A stretch of DNA of 64,000 bases from an uncultured Armatimonadia bacterium (GCA_963749155.1 CAVVLO010000001.1:672001-736000); one strand, 5' to 3'. Positions 10,913 through 22,841 are shown, counted from the stretch's first letter. The notes: a model not told the origin generated them from the letters alone. Numbers and translations are program-made.

Positions 10913-13621
10913 TCAGGCAGCGCTTGGCTTAGGCACTCCTGTATAGCCCAGGACTCGCAACACCAGCTTGATTAGCTCTTCCAGTACCAGTACCGACGCC
11001 GCGATCCCCACCGATATGCCCAGATGGTTGAGGTCCAGCACCGCGGTTCGGAACCAGTCATGGAGCGAGGGGATATAGAGAATCGCCAGTTGCAAGCTGG
11101 CGCCCAGCAGGAAAGCCGCATAAAGCCAGGGATTCTGCTTGCCCGAGAGTGAGAGCAGACTCCTTACCGAATACTGGCAGTTTAACGAGTGGAAGAGCTG
11201 GAAGAATACCAGCGTTGTGAAGCACATCGTCCGCCCGTAGTTAATGGCCTCTACACTGTCGCTTCCGAGCACATCCAGCGCAAAGTGCTTGCCAATTTTA
11301 AAAGCAATAAGCGAACCCAGGGCCATAAGGCCGCCAATCATCAGGATGCCCCAGAAGGCGCGCCTGTCCAGTACCCCTGCTTCAGGAGAGCGCGGCGGGC
11401 GCTTCATCAGATCAGGCTCTGCGGGAGAAACACCCAGCGCGAGCGCCGGCGGCCCGTCGGTGACCAGGTTTATCCAGAGGATATGGATAGGCATCAGGGG
11501 CAGGCCCATCCCGGTCATCATTGCAAAGAACATCGTCATAATCTCGCCCGCGTTGGTCGAGATCATATACCGCACGAACTTGGTGATGTTGTCGAATATG
11601 ACCCGTCCCTGTTCTACCGCGTTGACGATGGTTGCGAAGTTGTCGTCGGCCAGCACCATATCGGCCGCGTCTTTGGCGACGTCAGTGCCCTCTATCCCCA
11701 TCGCCACGCCGATATCGGCTGACTTGAGCGCTGGCGCATCGTTTACTCCATCGCCAGTCATTGAGACCAGGTGATTGTCGGCTCGGTAGGCCTTGATGAG
11801 CTTCAGCTTGTGCTCTGGGGAGACGCGCGCAAAAACTGAGGTTGTCCGCGCCGCCTCGGCCAGTTGAGCCTCATCCATCTCATCCAGTTGCTGGCCAGTG
11901 ATTGCCTGAGCGCCTTCCTCCACGATGCCTACCGAAGAGGCGATTGCTATCGCCGTTACTGGATGGTCGCCAGTAATCATCACAGGACGGATACCGGCCT
12001 GTTTACACTCGGCGACCGCTGCGGCCGCTTCGGCCCGGGGCGGGTCTATCATTGCCATATAGCCGAGGAAAATCAGGTTGCTTGCCGCCATATGAGGGGT
12101 GAGCTCTGATTCGTCCTCCATATAACAATACTTGTAAGCAAAAGCCAGCACGCGACGCGCGCGCCGGGCTTCTTCATCTACGCGCTCCTGTACCGCATCG
12201 ACAACCTCATCATCCAAAGCCACAGGGCCGGCGGGCAATACGCCTTCCTTGCAGTGAGCCAGAACGGCTTCCGTAGCGCCCTTCATTACGATAAGCAGTT
12301 TGCCACTTGCGGGATCACGATGGCAGGTCAGCATAAACTTGTGATCCGAGTCGAAGGGGATCTCCCATACTCGCGGCATATGTTTTGCCAGAAAATCTTT
12401 GTAATACCCAAACTTTTCGGCTGCGACCAGTAAACCAATCTCAGTTGGGTCGCCTGTGTATTCGCTGCCTGTATGGGCTGAGTCATTGCAGAGGGCCGCA
12501 GCTTTCAAAAGCAAATCAAGAGTGCTGCCTTCGGCCTGGGGCGCTTCGGGTTCTGCAGGTGGCAGAGCGATTTCCTCGCCCGCTGCTACCAGTGACACGA
12601 CGGTCATCTTGTTCTCGGTCAAGGTGCCTGTCTTGTCGCTTGCGATAATTGTGATGGAGCCCAAAGTCTCGACCGCGGGCAGTTTCCGGATGATGGCATT
12701 AGCTTTGGCCATACGCTGGGCGCCCAGGGCCAGGTTGATCATAATGACCGCCGGCAAGCCCTCTGGGATGGCCGCTACAGCGAGGCTAACGGCCGCCATA
12801 AACATCTCGGTCAGGGGTTGCCCGTGGGTGATGCCCGCCACGAAGACCGCAGCGCAAACCACCAGAGCTGCGATGCCGAGTTGTTTGCCCAGCTTGGAGA
12901 CTCGCCGTTGCAGTGGAGTGGTGCCCTCTTCCTCTTCTGACAGCATTGAGGCGATCTTGCCAAGCTCGGTCTGGGCGCCTGTGGTCGTCACAATCGCCCT
13001 GCCTCTGCCTCGGGCAAGCGCAGTGCCCATGAAGAGCATATTCTGGCGGTCGCCCAGGGGACATTGCCCCTCTGCCTCGCAATCGGCGCGTTTATCCGAA
13101 GGCACGGATTCACCAGTGAGCGCCGCTTCTACAGCGGCCATGGAGAAGGCCTCGATGACCCGCGAATCGGCTGGCACGAGATCGCCCGCAGCCAGGGCCA
13201 GCAGATCGCCTGGTACCAGCTCATACGCGGAAATCCGGCGTTGCTCTCCATCGCGGATTACCATACATTGGGGCACCTGAAGCTGCTTGAGGGCTTCCAT
13301 TGCCTTCTCGGCGCGTACTTCTTGCCATAGCCCGATTAACGAGTTGAGGATGAGGATAGCTGCGATGACGATTGCATCCTGGTATTCATGCAAGGCCGCC
13401 GATATCACTGTAGCGACAATCAACAGGATTACCAGGAAGTCGGTGAACTGGCGCAACAGCTTGATAAGCAGGCCTTCTCTGGGGGCCTCGGGCAACCTGT
13501 TGGGGCCTACCTCTGACAGCCTGCGCGCCGCTTCGGTTGTTGACAGCCCCTGCTCTCCGTCAGTTGCCAGTTCTTTCAAGACACCGTCGATGTCCAGAGT
13601 ATGAGCTACAGGCAGTTGCAT
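10913..13621 (-). CDS. Cation-translocating P-type ATPase, type IIA (Ca2+-like)
   Basis: TGES, PEGLP, DKTGT phosphorylation site, TGD, GDGVNDAPALK, WINLVTDG. Confidence 0.95.
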   Translation of the reverse strand: MQLPVAHTLDIDGVLKELATDGEQGLSTTEAARRLSEVGPNRLPEAPREGLLIKLLRQFTDFLVILLIVATVISAALHEYQDAIVIAAILILNSLIGLWQEVRAEKAMEALKQLQVPQCMVIRDGEQRRISAYELVPGDLLALAAGDLVPADSRVIEAFSMAAVEAALTGESVPSDKRADCEAEGQCPLGDRQNMLFMGTALARGRGRAIVTTTGAQTELGKIASMLSEEEEGTTPLQRRVSKLGKQLGIAALVVCAAVFVAGITHGQPLTEMFMAAVSLAVAAIPEGLPAVIMINLALGAQRMAKANAIIRKLPAVETLGSITIIASDKTGTLTENKMTVVSLVAAGEEIALPPAEPEAPQAEGSTLDLLLKAAALCNDSAHTGSEYTGDPTEIGLLVAAEKFGYYKDFLAKHMPRVWEIPFDSDHKFMLTCHRDPASGKLLIVMKGATEAVLAHCKEGVLPAGPVALDDEVVDAVQERVDEEARRARRVLAFAYKYCYMEDESELTPHMAASNLIFLGYMAMIDPPRAEAAAAVAECKQAGIRPVMITGDHPVTAIAIASSVGIVEEGAQAITGQQLDEMDEAQLAEAARTTSVFARVSPEHKLKLIKAYRADNHLVSMTGDGVNDAPALKSADIGVAMGIEGTDVAKDAADMVLADDNFATIVNAVEQGRVIFDNITKFVRYMISTNAGEIMTMFFAMMTGMGLPLMPIHILWINLVTDGPPALALGVSPAEPDLMKRPPRSPEAGVLDRRAFWGILMIGGLMALGSLIAFKIGKHFALDVLGSDSVEAINYGRTMCFTTLVFFQLFHSLNCQYSVRSLLSLSGKQNPWLYAAFLLGASLQLAILYIPSLHDWFRTAVLDLNHLGISVGIAASVLVLEELIKLVLRVLGYTGVPKPSAA

Positions 13622-13631
13622 TGTTGGCGAT

Positions 13632-14639
13632 TCACTCCACTTGTCCGCCCAGGCTGAATATCAACGCCAGGGCGACTGCATACAGACCGATTGATAGAAC
13701 CGCAAGCGCCCCGCCCCAGCGCCATCTGCTTCCCAGGCTGGTAGCGAGTAGATGGCGCACGCTCATCAGTAAGAAGGTCATCACTACTACACAACCTACT
13801 GTCGCCAGATTGGCCACCGAGGCTCTTGCAAGCAGAGAGCCCTCAAAAGCCAGGTCGGCCACCACCAGCATCACCATATTGAGCGCGTTGCTGCCCAGGT
13901 AGTTGCCGATAGCCATATCGAGCAGCCCCATCCTGGCGGCTGCGAGGCCAGCGGCAAGCTCCGGCAGGCTGGTCACCAGCGCCATCAGCAGCGTGCCAAC
14001 AAAAGTTTCGCCAAGCCCAGTCTGAGTCGCAATCATCTCGGCTGATGAAACCAGATAGTTCATCGCCAGAGCAATTACCAGACCAAGTCCAACCATCTCA
14101 AGCAGCAGCTTCCAGGTACGCGTAAACTGCTGACGCAGCCCAGGGGCAGGATGAGCGCCATCTCTAGAATATTCACCGCGCGACTGTAAATAACTGCCAC
14201 CAAGATAAAGGACTAGAAGAAGCCACAGCGGCCAGGAGGCTCTAAGCAACTCTGAAGCAGGAGCAACCAGCAAGCCGAGGCCCGTAAGGCTAATCATTGC
14301 CAGAGAGAGCCAGGCAGAGGGCCAGACCAGGCTCGCAGGCCCGATGCTGGGACGCATCCGTATAGCATAAAGCAAAGTAATAGCCATCAAGGTGAGGTTG
14401 CACAGATTGCTGCCTACGAGGCTCCCAACCGCAAGGTCAGGCAGACCTCGATGGCCTGTTTGCCAGGCGCCAAGGAATTCGGGCAGCGAGGTTATAGCCG
14501 CAAGCGCTGTGGCTCCAACCCAGACTCGCGAAAGGCCTGTCGCCTCCGCAAGTCGGTCAGCCAGTTTGGTTAACCCTACGGCCGTCAGCGCAATTACCAG
14601 GCCAGAAAGGGTAAAGACGAGAAAAGCCACAGCCTTCAC
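13632..14639 (-). CDS. Sodium:calcium antiporter (CaCA/YrbG family)
   Basis: Two alpha repeats TSLPE...GSN; about 10 hydrophobic segments. Confidence 0.9.
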   Translation of the reverse strand: MKAVAFLVFTLSGLVIALTAVGLTKLADRLAEATGLSRVWVGATALAAITSLPEFLGAWQTGHRGLPDLAVGSLVGSNLCNLTLMAITLLYAIRMRPSIGPASLVWPSAWLSLAMISLTGLGLLVAPASELLRASWPLWLLLVLYLGGSYLQSRGEYSRDGAHPAPGLRQQFTRTWKLLLEMVGLGLVIALAMNYLVSSAEMIATQTGLGETFVGTLLMALVTSLPELAAGLAAARMGLLDMAIGNYLGSNALNMVMLVVADLAFEGSLLARASVANLATVGCVVVMTFLLMSVRHLLATSLGSRWRWGGALAVLSIGLYAVALALIFSLGGQVE

Positions 14640-14765
14640 CAGCCGACAGGATAACTTGACAGCTCTGGAGGGTCAAGCAAATTGAGTCATCCGGACCCTC
14701 TATGTTACACTCCCCGAGGCGATAGCCTGCCAAAGGCTGACGAGGCACTTCCCCTTAAAAACGAA

Positions 14766-16832
14766 ATGAGAGCATCTGAACTCGACCGGCCAAAATTGCT
14801 TGCGAAGCTGATACGGTATTTTCACACCTCCGATTATGTCGGGGGAATTGCTCTGGCGGTCGCTATCGGGCTAGTTGCGGGATTTGGTGGAGTAGCTCTT
14901 ACCCTGCTCATCCGACAGTTGCGCAGTTGGTTCTTCGACGGCGGCGCCAACGTGTTTTGGTTCCTTGGCGATTACTACGTTGTGCTTATCCCCGCTCTTG
15001 GAGGACTGCTGGTCGGTCCGATAGTCCATTTTGTATCACCCGAGACGCGAGGGCATGGCGTCCCCGAGGTTATCCAGGCTATCCAGACCGCCGGGGGCCG
15101 GATGCGCGCTCGCGTGGCCGGGGTCAAAGTGCTGGCTTCGGCGATCACTATCGGTTCGGGCGGCTCGGCGGGAAGAGAAGGTCCTATTGTTCAGGTGGGC
15201 GCCACAATTGGCTCTGTGCTTGGCCAGGGATTGCAACTTCCGGCCCAGCGACTTGCTACACTGGCTGCGTGCGGCGCTGCGGGAGGCATCTCGGCAGCCT
15301 TCAATGCTCCTGTTGGCGGCGCACTTTTTGCAATGGAGGTTATCCTTGGCGACTGGAGCGCCGATGCGTTCGGGCTTGTTGTCATCGCATCTGTAGCTGC
15401 CTCTGTCGTATCGCGTGTTTATTTGGGCGCCGCTCCCGCCTTCGCTGTACCCACCTATGAATTCAACGCCAGCCACTGGTGGGAGTTGAGCCTATACTTA
15501 CTGCTAGGGGTCTTTGCCGGTGTCGCTGCCAAGCTGTATATCTGGCTTCTCTACTCGGCCGAGGACGCTTTCGATACGATAAAGTGCTTGCCAAGATGGC
15601 TTACGCCGGCACTTGGCGGGCTGCTGGTGGGCATCCTTGCCTTAGTGGTGCCCCAGGCGCTGGGCACTGGTTATGAAGAGGTTTCTGACGCCCTGCAGGG
15701 CAACATCGCCTGGCAGCTTGCCCTTCTTTTCGTCGCCGCCAAACTCATCGCTACCGCCTTCACCCTGGGCTCGGGCGGATCGGGAGGCGTCTTTGCTCCG
15801 GGCTTCTACATCGGCGCCATGCTCGGCTGTGCTTTCGGAAAACTAGCCAACCTGCTGCTGCCAGGTATGGTATCGCCTCCGGGCGCTTATGCGCTTGTGG
15901 GAATGGGCTCAGTCTTCGGAGCCGCTGCCCACGCCCCGCTCACCAATGTGATCATGCTGTTCGAGATGTCGGGCGACTACAGTATGATCCTGCCGATGAT
16001 GGTAGGTGTCGTTGTCAGCACTCTCGTGCTGCGTAGTTTCAGCTTTGAAAGTATCTATACGTTGAAGCTCTCTCGGCGCGGAATCCACCTTGGGGTAAAG
16101 AAAGCCAACCCGATGCAACTGCTGACAGTTGCCGAGACGATGAGCGCTGACACTCCCACCCTTTTACCTGTGACCAGTGTGGAAGAAGCCGCTCAGCGCT
16201 TCCTCTCGACCTCCTTCACCGCCTTCCCGCTGGTTGATGGCGCGGGCGATCTGGTGGGCATCATCACCCACGGCGACGTCGAGAAACCTGTCCTGGCCGG
16301 CAATACCCAATTGCCTATTGGATTGCTTAGCACAGCTAAAGTCATCACCTGCTTCCCGGATGAGAACCTGGAGCTGGTCCTCTCTCGTATGGCTGCCAAC
16401 TCGATTTCGCGGCTTGTAGTCGTTGACAGGCTGAACCCCACCAAACCACTCGGGATGATCACAAGGAAGGACATCGTCGCGGCTTATTCGAGATCGATGA
16501 AGGAGCTATCACATATCCATCCCAGGCTTCGACGCAGGATTGCAGGACAGGCGGAGACGCGCGTGCTGGAGTTTGGCATCGGGCGTGATTCGCCCCTGGC
16601 CGGCCAGTGCCTGGCTGATCTGGCTCTGCCGGAGGGGTGCCTGATGGTACTCGTCGAGCGCGGCCGGCAGATCATAATCCCGCGTGGAGAGCTGCGCCTT
16701 GAGGTAGGAGACCACGTCACGATGGTGGCTCTGCGCCATGCAGCCGAACTATTGCTGGCTAAACTCCGCAGGGGAGAGGGTTTCCTGCGCGAGCCGAAAG
16801 TGTCTCCGCTTAAAGAATCGCCCGAGCCTTGA
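14766..16832 (+). CDS. ClC chloride channel/antiporter with two CBS domains and a TrkA-C domain
   Basis: GHGVP, GREGP, GVFAP, SIYT motifs, then a CBS pair and an RCK-C-like tail (IPRGELRLEVGDHV). Start uncertain (14682 or 14766). Confidence 0.9.
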   Translation: MRASELDRPKLLAKLIRYFHTSDYVGGIALAVAIGLVAGFGGVALTLLIRQLRSWFFDGGANVFWFLGDYYVVLIPALGGLLVGPIVHFVSPETRGHGVPEVIQAIQTAGGRMRARVAGVKVLASAITIGSGGSAGREGPIVQVGATIGSVLGQGLQLPAQRLATLAACGAAGGISAAFNAPVGGALFAMEVILGDWSADAFGLVVIASVAASVVSRVYLGAAPAFAVPTYEFNASHWWELSLYLLLGVFAGVAAKLYIWLLYSAEDAFDTIKCLPRWLTPALGGLLVGILALVVPQALGTGYEEVSDALQGNIAWQLALLFVAAKLIATAFTLGSGGSGGVFAPGFYIGAMLGCAFGKLANLLLPGMVSPPGAYALVGMGSVFGAAAHAPLTNVIMLFEMSGDYSMILPMMVGVVVSTLVLRSFSFESIYTLKLSRRGIHLGVKKANPMQLLTVAETMSADTPTLLPVTSVEEAAQRFLSTSFTAFPLVDGAGDLVGIITHGDVEKPVLAGNTQLPIGLLSTAKVITCFPDENLELVLSRMAANSISRLVVVDRLNPTKPLGMITRKDIVAAYSRSMKELSHIHPRLRRRIAGQAETRVLEFGIGRDSPLAGQCLADLALPEGCLMVLVERGRQIIIPRGELRLEVGDHVTMVALRHAAELLLAKLRRGEGFLREPKVSPLKESPEP

Positions 16833-16870
16833 AGCGACCCGGGCGACTGACATCAGGTAGGGGAAAAAGC

Positions 16871-18529
16871 CTACATTTGCTCTGGCGCTGATACCCCGAT
16901 TAACGCGAGTACCTGTCGCAGCACCGCTTTGGTAGCGCGCGCAAGGCCAAAGCGCCCAGTGCGCAGCTCCGGCTCGGCAGGGAGGATTGGGCACTGCTGG
17001 TAGAACCGATGGAAAGCATCCGCCACTGCCAGCGAATAATGCGTCAGCCTGTGAGGCGTAAACAACCGGGTAGCGTCCTCTATCAGTATGGGCAGCTCGA
17101 GCAGCAGCTTCATCAGCGCCAGCTCGGAGGGCTCCCTCAGCAGGGAGAGTTGCTCAAGGGTTGCCTCTTCAATCGCGATGCCCCGGTTGCCCGCTTCCTT
17201 CTCCAGGCTGCACAGCCGCGCATGCGCATACTGCACATAGTAAACGGGATTCTCGTCCGACTGTTTGCGCGCAAGGGCCAGGTCGAAATCAAGATGAGAA
17301 TCGGCTGCCCTCATCAGGAAGAAGAAGCGCGTCGCATCCGCCCCGATATCTTCAAGCACCGAGGCCATAGACACCAGGTCGCCAGCCCGCTTGGACATCT
17401 TAACCATCTCGCCGCCATCAAAAAGCCGCACAATCTGGTAGATCAGGAAGTGAAGCTTTGCCGCCTCGAAGCCAAGCGCCGCTATACCAGCTTCAACCCG
17501 CTGGGTATAGCCATGATGGTGAGGGCCCCAGACATCCACCAGCAAGTCATAGCCCCGCTCGAACTTGTCCATGTGATATGCGAGGTCAGCGGCAATATAG
17601 GCAGGGCGACCATCCTGCCTCACCAGTACCCGGTCCTTGTCATCGCCGAAGTGGGTGCTCTTTAGCCACAGCGCCCCGTCCAGTTCATAGGTCCACCCGG
17701 AGGCCTTGAGCCGGTCTACGACGACTTCCAAAGCGCCTTCATCATAAAGCGATTGCTCGCGATACCACCGGTCGAAATTTATGCCAAAGGCGGAAAGATC
17801 GATCACCTGCTGGTCAACGAGAGTCTTCCGCGACAGTTCCTGAAACCTGCGATGGCACTCGGCTTCGGGCAAATCGAGCAAGCCAGGGCCGTGCTCCTCC
17901 AGTAGCTGTTGGGCAAGTTCGGTTATATAGTCACCCTGGTAGCCTTTCTCGGGAAACTCGACTTCCTGCCCCAGCAACTGGCGGTAGCGCGCCTGGACCG
18001 ACTGGCCCAGCATCGTCATCTGAGTGCCATCCCAGGCGTCGTTTATGTAGTATTCCCGGTCCACCTGCCAGCCTGTAGCTTCGAGCAGATTGCAGAGCGC
18101 ATCGCCGACAGCCCCTCCCCGGGCGTTGCCCATATGCACCGGACCCGTGGGGTTGGCGCTGACATATTCCACATTGGCCCTCTTGCCAGCGTTCGCGCTG
18201 CTGCGTCCAAACTGCTCGGGCGCGGCAAGTACTTCCTGCAATCCCTGGGCGTAATGAGTCTGAGCGATGTAGAAATTGATAAAGCCAGGCCCAGCCAGCT
18301 CCAGTCGGTCCAGCAGCCCTTCAGGTAGCCCAAGGGCTGCCACAAGAGATTCGGCTACCTGCCTGGGCGCCTTCTTGACCTCTCTGGCAAGTTGCATTGC
18401 GATATTGGTCGAGAAATCTCCCAGCTTGGGATCGGGGGTAGAGAGGATCTCCGGGGCTGACTCGAGCCCATATACTTCTTTGACGGCGGCCTCGAGAGCC
18501 ACCGCCAGTATTGATTTTACGTCCAGCAT
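16871..18529 (-). CDS. argS: Arginine--tRNA ligase
   Basis: VEYVSANPTGPVHMGNARG (HIGH-like), KMSKRAG, YYVQYAHAR, GVSAPEQM C-terminus. Confidence 0.97.
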   Translation of the reverse strand: MLDVKSILAVALEAAVKEVYGLESAPEILSTPDPKLGDFSTNIAMQLAREVKKAPRQVAESLVAALGLPEGLLDRLELAGPGFINFYIAQTHYAQGLQEVLAAPEQFGRSSANAGKRANVEYVSANPTGPVHMGNARGGAVGDALCNLLEATGWQVDREYYINDAWDGTQMTMLGQSVQARYRQLLGQEVEFPEKGYQGDYITELAQQLLEEHGPGLLDLPEAECHRRFQELSRKTLVDQQVIDLSAFGINFDRWYREQSLYDEGALEVVVDRLKASGWTYELDGALWLKSTHFGDDKDRVLVRQDGRPAYIAADLAYHMDKFERGYDLLVDVWGPHHHGYTQRVEAGIAALGFEAAKLHFLIYQIVRLFDGGEMVKMSKRAGDLVSMASVLEDIGADATRFFFLMRAADSHLDFDLALARKQSDENPVYYVQYAHARLCSLEKEAGNRGIAIEEATLEQLSLLREPSELALMKLLLELPILIEDATRLFTPHRLTHYSLAVADAFHRFYQQCPILPAEPELRTGRFGLARATKAVLRQVLALIGVSAPEQM

Positions 18530-18558
18530 ATAACGCTCCCTTTTTCTCAGGCCAGCGC

Positions 18559-19734
18559 TTAAGGCGCCAGCATCATCGCTAGGAGGCGGTCAAGTCCTTT
18601 AAGGGCCATATCCGCCAGGATCATCATAAGTGAGCCGCCCACCACTACCTGGGGCAAGCCTCGGTTCCAGATTTGAGCAAAGAATTTCGCTTTCTTGTTG
18701 CCCTCGCGCTGATACCTGTCCGTCAGCTCTTCGGCTGCCTTGATTGCCGAAAGGAGCTGTTCGTCGGTCGGCTCCTTCGTCGTCAGGTATTTCTGTACCA
18801 TCGAACCAAGCCGGCGCCAGGACAGCAGCGCCACCACGGCATAAAGGAGAGGCGCCAGCGGATGCCACTCTATCAGACTCGACAGTCCCAGTACGAACAC
18901 CGAGACCAGCGCGAACAGGGCAACCAGGTTGGTGCCGCATCGTCGGTGTACGGGCGTGAAAGGCCTTATTGCCTCTACCGTCAGGGGCATGCCGTGCTCG
19001 AGCGCCGTGACGGTCTTGTGTTCGGCGCCGTGAAAACCTGCCAGAGGTGTAAACCTCATAAGCACAAGGAAGAGGGCTGCCATCGCAAGCTCGAGGCCCA
19101 TCAACCAGGCTCCCTGGTTTGGGAAGGTGTTTGTGTCATAGGCAACAAACACCTCGGCCAGCTGAGTGCCAAGCGCCTTGTCCAGCAGGAAGAGCGCTGC
19201 GAGAAGCAGCAGATAGCTGAGGAGGAAAAGCCCGGACAGCATAACTCCTGTAAGCACGAGCGCCAGGTCGCCAGGGCCGCCGCTTCGGCTGCCGTCGGTC
19301 AGGTGCACCCCGAGTGGAGTTGCCATCCCGCCCATCCGGCGCGGGCGGTAAGTGCCCGAAACCAGATGCAGCCAGGTAGACTTGAGTACCGCGCCCTGGA
19401 GCCGGCCCTGTTCATCGCGCACCGGCACGAACTGCACTTCCGGCTGGCGGAAATAAGAAGCCAGCTCGCGCGCTGGCAGAGTGCTTTCTACTGGTCCGGG
19501 CGCCATTGCCTGAGCATCCCAGGCCTTTAACTCGCCTTTTGGCGCGCCTTCAGGCGCATTAAGGGTGGCGTTGAAGGCGGATTGTTCCGTAATGAAGCCA
19601 ACCAGATGCCCTTCGCGCACAAGCGCCACCACTGAGACTCCCTCTTGGCGCATCTCATAAAGCGCTTGCCCAAGCGTGGCGTCCGCCTCTACCTGAGGCA
19701 GCCGTTTGGCCAGATTGCCTGCGGTGAGTTCCAT
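18559..19734 (-). CDS. CBS-pair plus DUF1385 membrane protein
   Basis: N-terminal CBS pair ([21 protein letters not shown]), then [27 protein letters not shown] characteristic of DUF1385. Start placed at MELTA. Confidence 0.75.
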   Translation of the reverse strand: MELTAGNLAKRLPQVEADATLGQALYEMRQEGVSVVALVREGHLVGFITEQSAFNATLNAPEGAPKGELKAWDAQAMAPGPVESTLPARELASYFRQPEVQFVPVRDEQGRLQGAVLKSTWLHLVSGTYRPRRMGGMATPLGVHLTDGSRSGGPGDLALVLTGVMLSGLFLLSYLLLLAALFLLDKALGTQLAEVFVAYDTNTFPNQGAWLMGLELAMAALFLVLMRFTPLAGFHGAEHKTVTALEHGMPLTVEAIRPFTPVHRRCGTNLVALFALVSVFVLGLSSLIEWHPLAPLLYAVVALLSWRRLGSMVQKYLTTKEPTDEQLLSAIKAAEELTDRYQREGNKKAKFFAQIWNRGLPQVVVGGSLMMILADMALKGLDRLLAMMLAP

Positions 19735-19848
19735 TGTGTGGGAGAGTATCCCTTGCAGCCTCCTCGACCCTCTGCTATACTTCCGCCGGCAAGTTTGCCA
19801 GAGTTTGGCGTCGGGCGCCAGCCCGCGATGTTCCCGGAGGACGTAATC

Positions 19849-20040
19849 ATGGCCAAGAAGTGTTTTGTCTGCGGTAAGGGCCCGATGGCCGGGAATAATG
19901 TCAGCCATTCACAGCGCCACACCGTGCGCCGGTTTTTGCCCAACCTGCAGTCGGTAAAAATTTCCTTCAAGGGCACCCCAAAGCGTGTCCGGGTCTGCAC
20001 CAGTTGCATCAAGGCTGGCAAGGTTGAGCGCGTAGCCTGA
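19849..20040 (+). CDS. rpmB: 50S ribosomal protein L28
   Basis: [34 protein letters not shown]...[17 protein letters not shown] upstream. Confidence 0.97.
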   Translation: MAKKCFVCGKGPMAGNNVSHSQRHTVRRFLPNLQSVKISFKGTPKRVRVCTSCIKAGKVERVA

Positions 20041-20060
20041 AGCCTAAATCCATCTAAGGA

Positions 20061-20098
20061 AAAGCACCGGTTGCTCAGGCTGCCGGTGTTTTTACTTT
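20061..20098 (+). terminator. Rho-independent terminator after rpmB
   Basis: GCACCGG...CCGGTGT stem followed by a T-run. Confidence 0.7.
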
Positions 20099-20132
20099 AT
20101 TGTGATGCTTCAGCAGGTTATCTTTTGCCGGT

Positions 20133-22833
20133 TTGTGTGGTGTAATAACAGATAACCTGGCCGTTATATCTGCAAGAAAAGGGCCCGTGGGGGAGCGCCC
20201 CAATTTGCTGGATGTGACCTTGTCCTATCTGGTTGCGGTTGCCTTATCTCTGCTGCTCGCGGCGATCTATCTCCTGCGAGCCAAACTGGGTCTTGTCCCC
20301 TTCTTGTTCATCTCTGGCGCGATTGAGTTAGCTGTCCTCACCACCTTCGGCGAGGGAGAAAGCCTCGATAGCAGCGCGCTTATCTTCCTGCCTGTTTTCC
20401 TTAGTGGCTTGCTGCTGTTTCTTGCGGGTGAACCTGCGGCTATCTCTCAGCAGTTATTGATGGCGGTTGGATTGCTCGGGGTAATCGCGGTGGGGGCTGA
20501 CCTTTGGGTAGATACTGCCAGTAAAGATGGCTTTATCGCGATGTTGCACTCACTGCCTCAGCGCGCGCATATCTTCTTGTTGCTGACCCCCCTGACCGCG
20601 CTTCTGGCTTATTCGGTAGCCTGGCATTTATTTCAAAAACTGCCCATCTTGCCTCTGGTTGCCGGGCTAGGCGCTGGATTAGCCTGTAGTCTGACCTGGC
20701 TGGTTGTGCATCTGCCACAGCAACTCCCTGACGCTGCCCAGCCAACCTGGCAGTTGTTGCTGCTCACTTTTGGAGCAGGCTTCTGTCCTTCTGTTATCGT
20801 AGCGATTTTTGCACGAGGTTTTCTTGCAAGGCGAGTTGGGGCTGGACTGCCCCCACCCCCCCAGGATTTGCTTGATATTGCTTTGCAGAAAAAGGCCCGG
20901 CTCGAAGGCCTTACCGTAGACAGCCAAAAACAGCCTGCGGTTGCCGCAGTCCTGGCTGAAGGGATGGCGCTTACAGATAAGGAAGGCCAACTCGTTTATG
21001 TAAATGGCCCTTTCCAGAGCCTTTTTGCGAAGGCTGAAGATGCCTTGCTGGGCCAGAAGGTTGCTGATCTGGTTACTCCCCGCTGGCAGGACACCGTCAC
21101 TTCGGCTCTGGCTTCGCTGATGGCAGGTTCGCTTAACCATATTGTCCTGACCGTTGAACTGGCCGATGGCGATGAGCCACGCTGGATAGAGCTCAGTGTT
21201 GTGCTCGCCGGGCCTGAACTCGCCCGGCAAGGTTTCTGCCTGTGGCTCGCCCAGGATATCACTGATCGCCAGCAGCTGAACTCCCAACTCGTTCGCTCCA
21301 ACTACGAACTCACGACTATCACGGGGTTACTCGCCGCGCTGCTCAATTCAACCGACAGCCACTATATGATTGTGAATGCTACCAAGCAGCTCGCCCAGCT
21401 ACTTGGGGGCGATTTTTGCGGTTTTTACCGAGTCGACTGGCTTGAAGGACTGCTTACCCTTGAATGGGAGCAAGGCCATACTCCAGAGGTTGTGGAAATC
21501 GTAAAGGAGATCCGGCTTGGAGAAGGTTTTTCTGGCTGGGTGGCTGCAACCAGTACCCCTGTCGTCATCGGCGACATAGTAACCCACCGCAAGCTTGTCA
21601 CGCCTTTGCTTGCCAAGAGTGGCATCCACAGTTATGCAGGGGCTCCTTGTGTATATGGGGGCAGATGCTTAGGCGTAATTTTCGTTTCCAGCCTGCGACC
21701 TAATGCGTTTAACTCGGTAGGTCAGGACTTGCTGCAGCGGCTTGGAGAGCTGGTTGGCCCAGTACTCCATCGAGCCGAACAGCTCGAGGCTCGTTCTGCA
21801 CAACTTGCCGATCTGACAGTCGCGCTCGAAGAATGTGGTAAGGGCGTCCTATTGCTTGACGGCCATCTGCGCGTGCTCTACGCCTCTGAGGAAGTCGCTG
21901 GCTTGCTGAATATACCGGTGTCTGAACTGACAGGCAGCTCGGTGCGCTCTATCGAGTTGCATAGCCTGGGAGAGAAGGTTGCCACTCTGGCTCAACATGC
22001 CCTGGAGTCCGAGGGAGAGACCAATGGCCGGTGGCAATTTGGCCGCCCTGTACAAAATTACCGGCTTACCTGCAAGCCTGTTGGCTCTGTCGACCGGCAA
22101 CGCGTCCTGGTACAACTGACCCTCGCTGATCAGCCTTACCAGACGGCTGCTCCCCCTGAGGGTATCCAGCGCATGGCAGTCATATCGTATTTCAGCGCCA
22201 GCATCGAGCATGAGTTAAACAACCTGCTCGGGCCACTCCAGTTGCGCCTGGAGCTGCTTGATGCGCGCGAGGAACTATCGCCCGAAGCCATCGAGGATGT
22301 AGAAGAAGCCCTCGCCAGTGTCGAAGACCTGAAGGCTTTCCTGGCCGAGCTAGGCGCTTTGATGCGGCGCGATGGCCTGCAACCTGGAGCCAGTGAATCT
22401 CGCGGATGTCGCCCGGGCGGTGCTGCTGCTTTGTGGGGCGGAAGCCCGGCGTATGCAGGTTTCTCTTAAGCTGGAGGTACCTGATGATCTGCCACCGGCT
22501 AACGCTGACCCCCTGGCCTTGCAGGAGTTGCTACTCAACCTGGTCTCCAATGCTTTCGATGCGATGCCCGAGGGAGGAACTCTTACCGTACTCGGTCAAG
22601 AAACGGGAGAGTGGGTGCAACTCCTGGTTAGCGATACTGGGCAAGGCATCGCCCCTGAACATCAGGCTTTTATTTTTGAGCCCTATTTCAGCACAAAGGG
22701 CCAGCAAGCTACCGGCCTTGGCCTTCACGTCTGCGCCCGACTGGCCGAGGAGATGGGCGGACGTCTAAGCCTCGAAGGCGCGCCGGGCGAAGGCGCTACT
22801 GCCCTTCTTAGCCTTCCGAAGGCCCTTCCCTAG
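20133..22833 (+). CDS. Membrane sensor histidine kinase (TM-PAS-GAF-PAS-HisKA-HATPase), indel near 22370
   Basis: HELNN H-box; NLVSNAFDAM, DTGQGI, FEPYFSTK, GLGL in ORF 22372-22833. Start uncertain. Confidence 0.85.
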
Positions 22834-22841
22834 TCCCCTTC

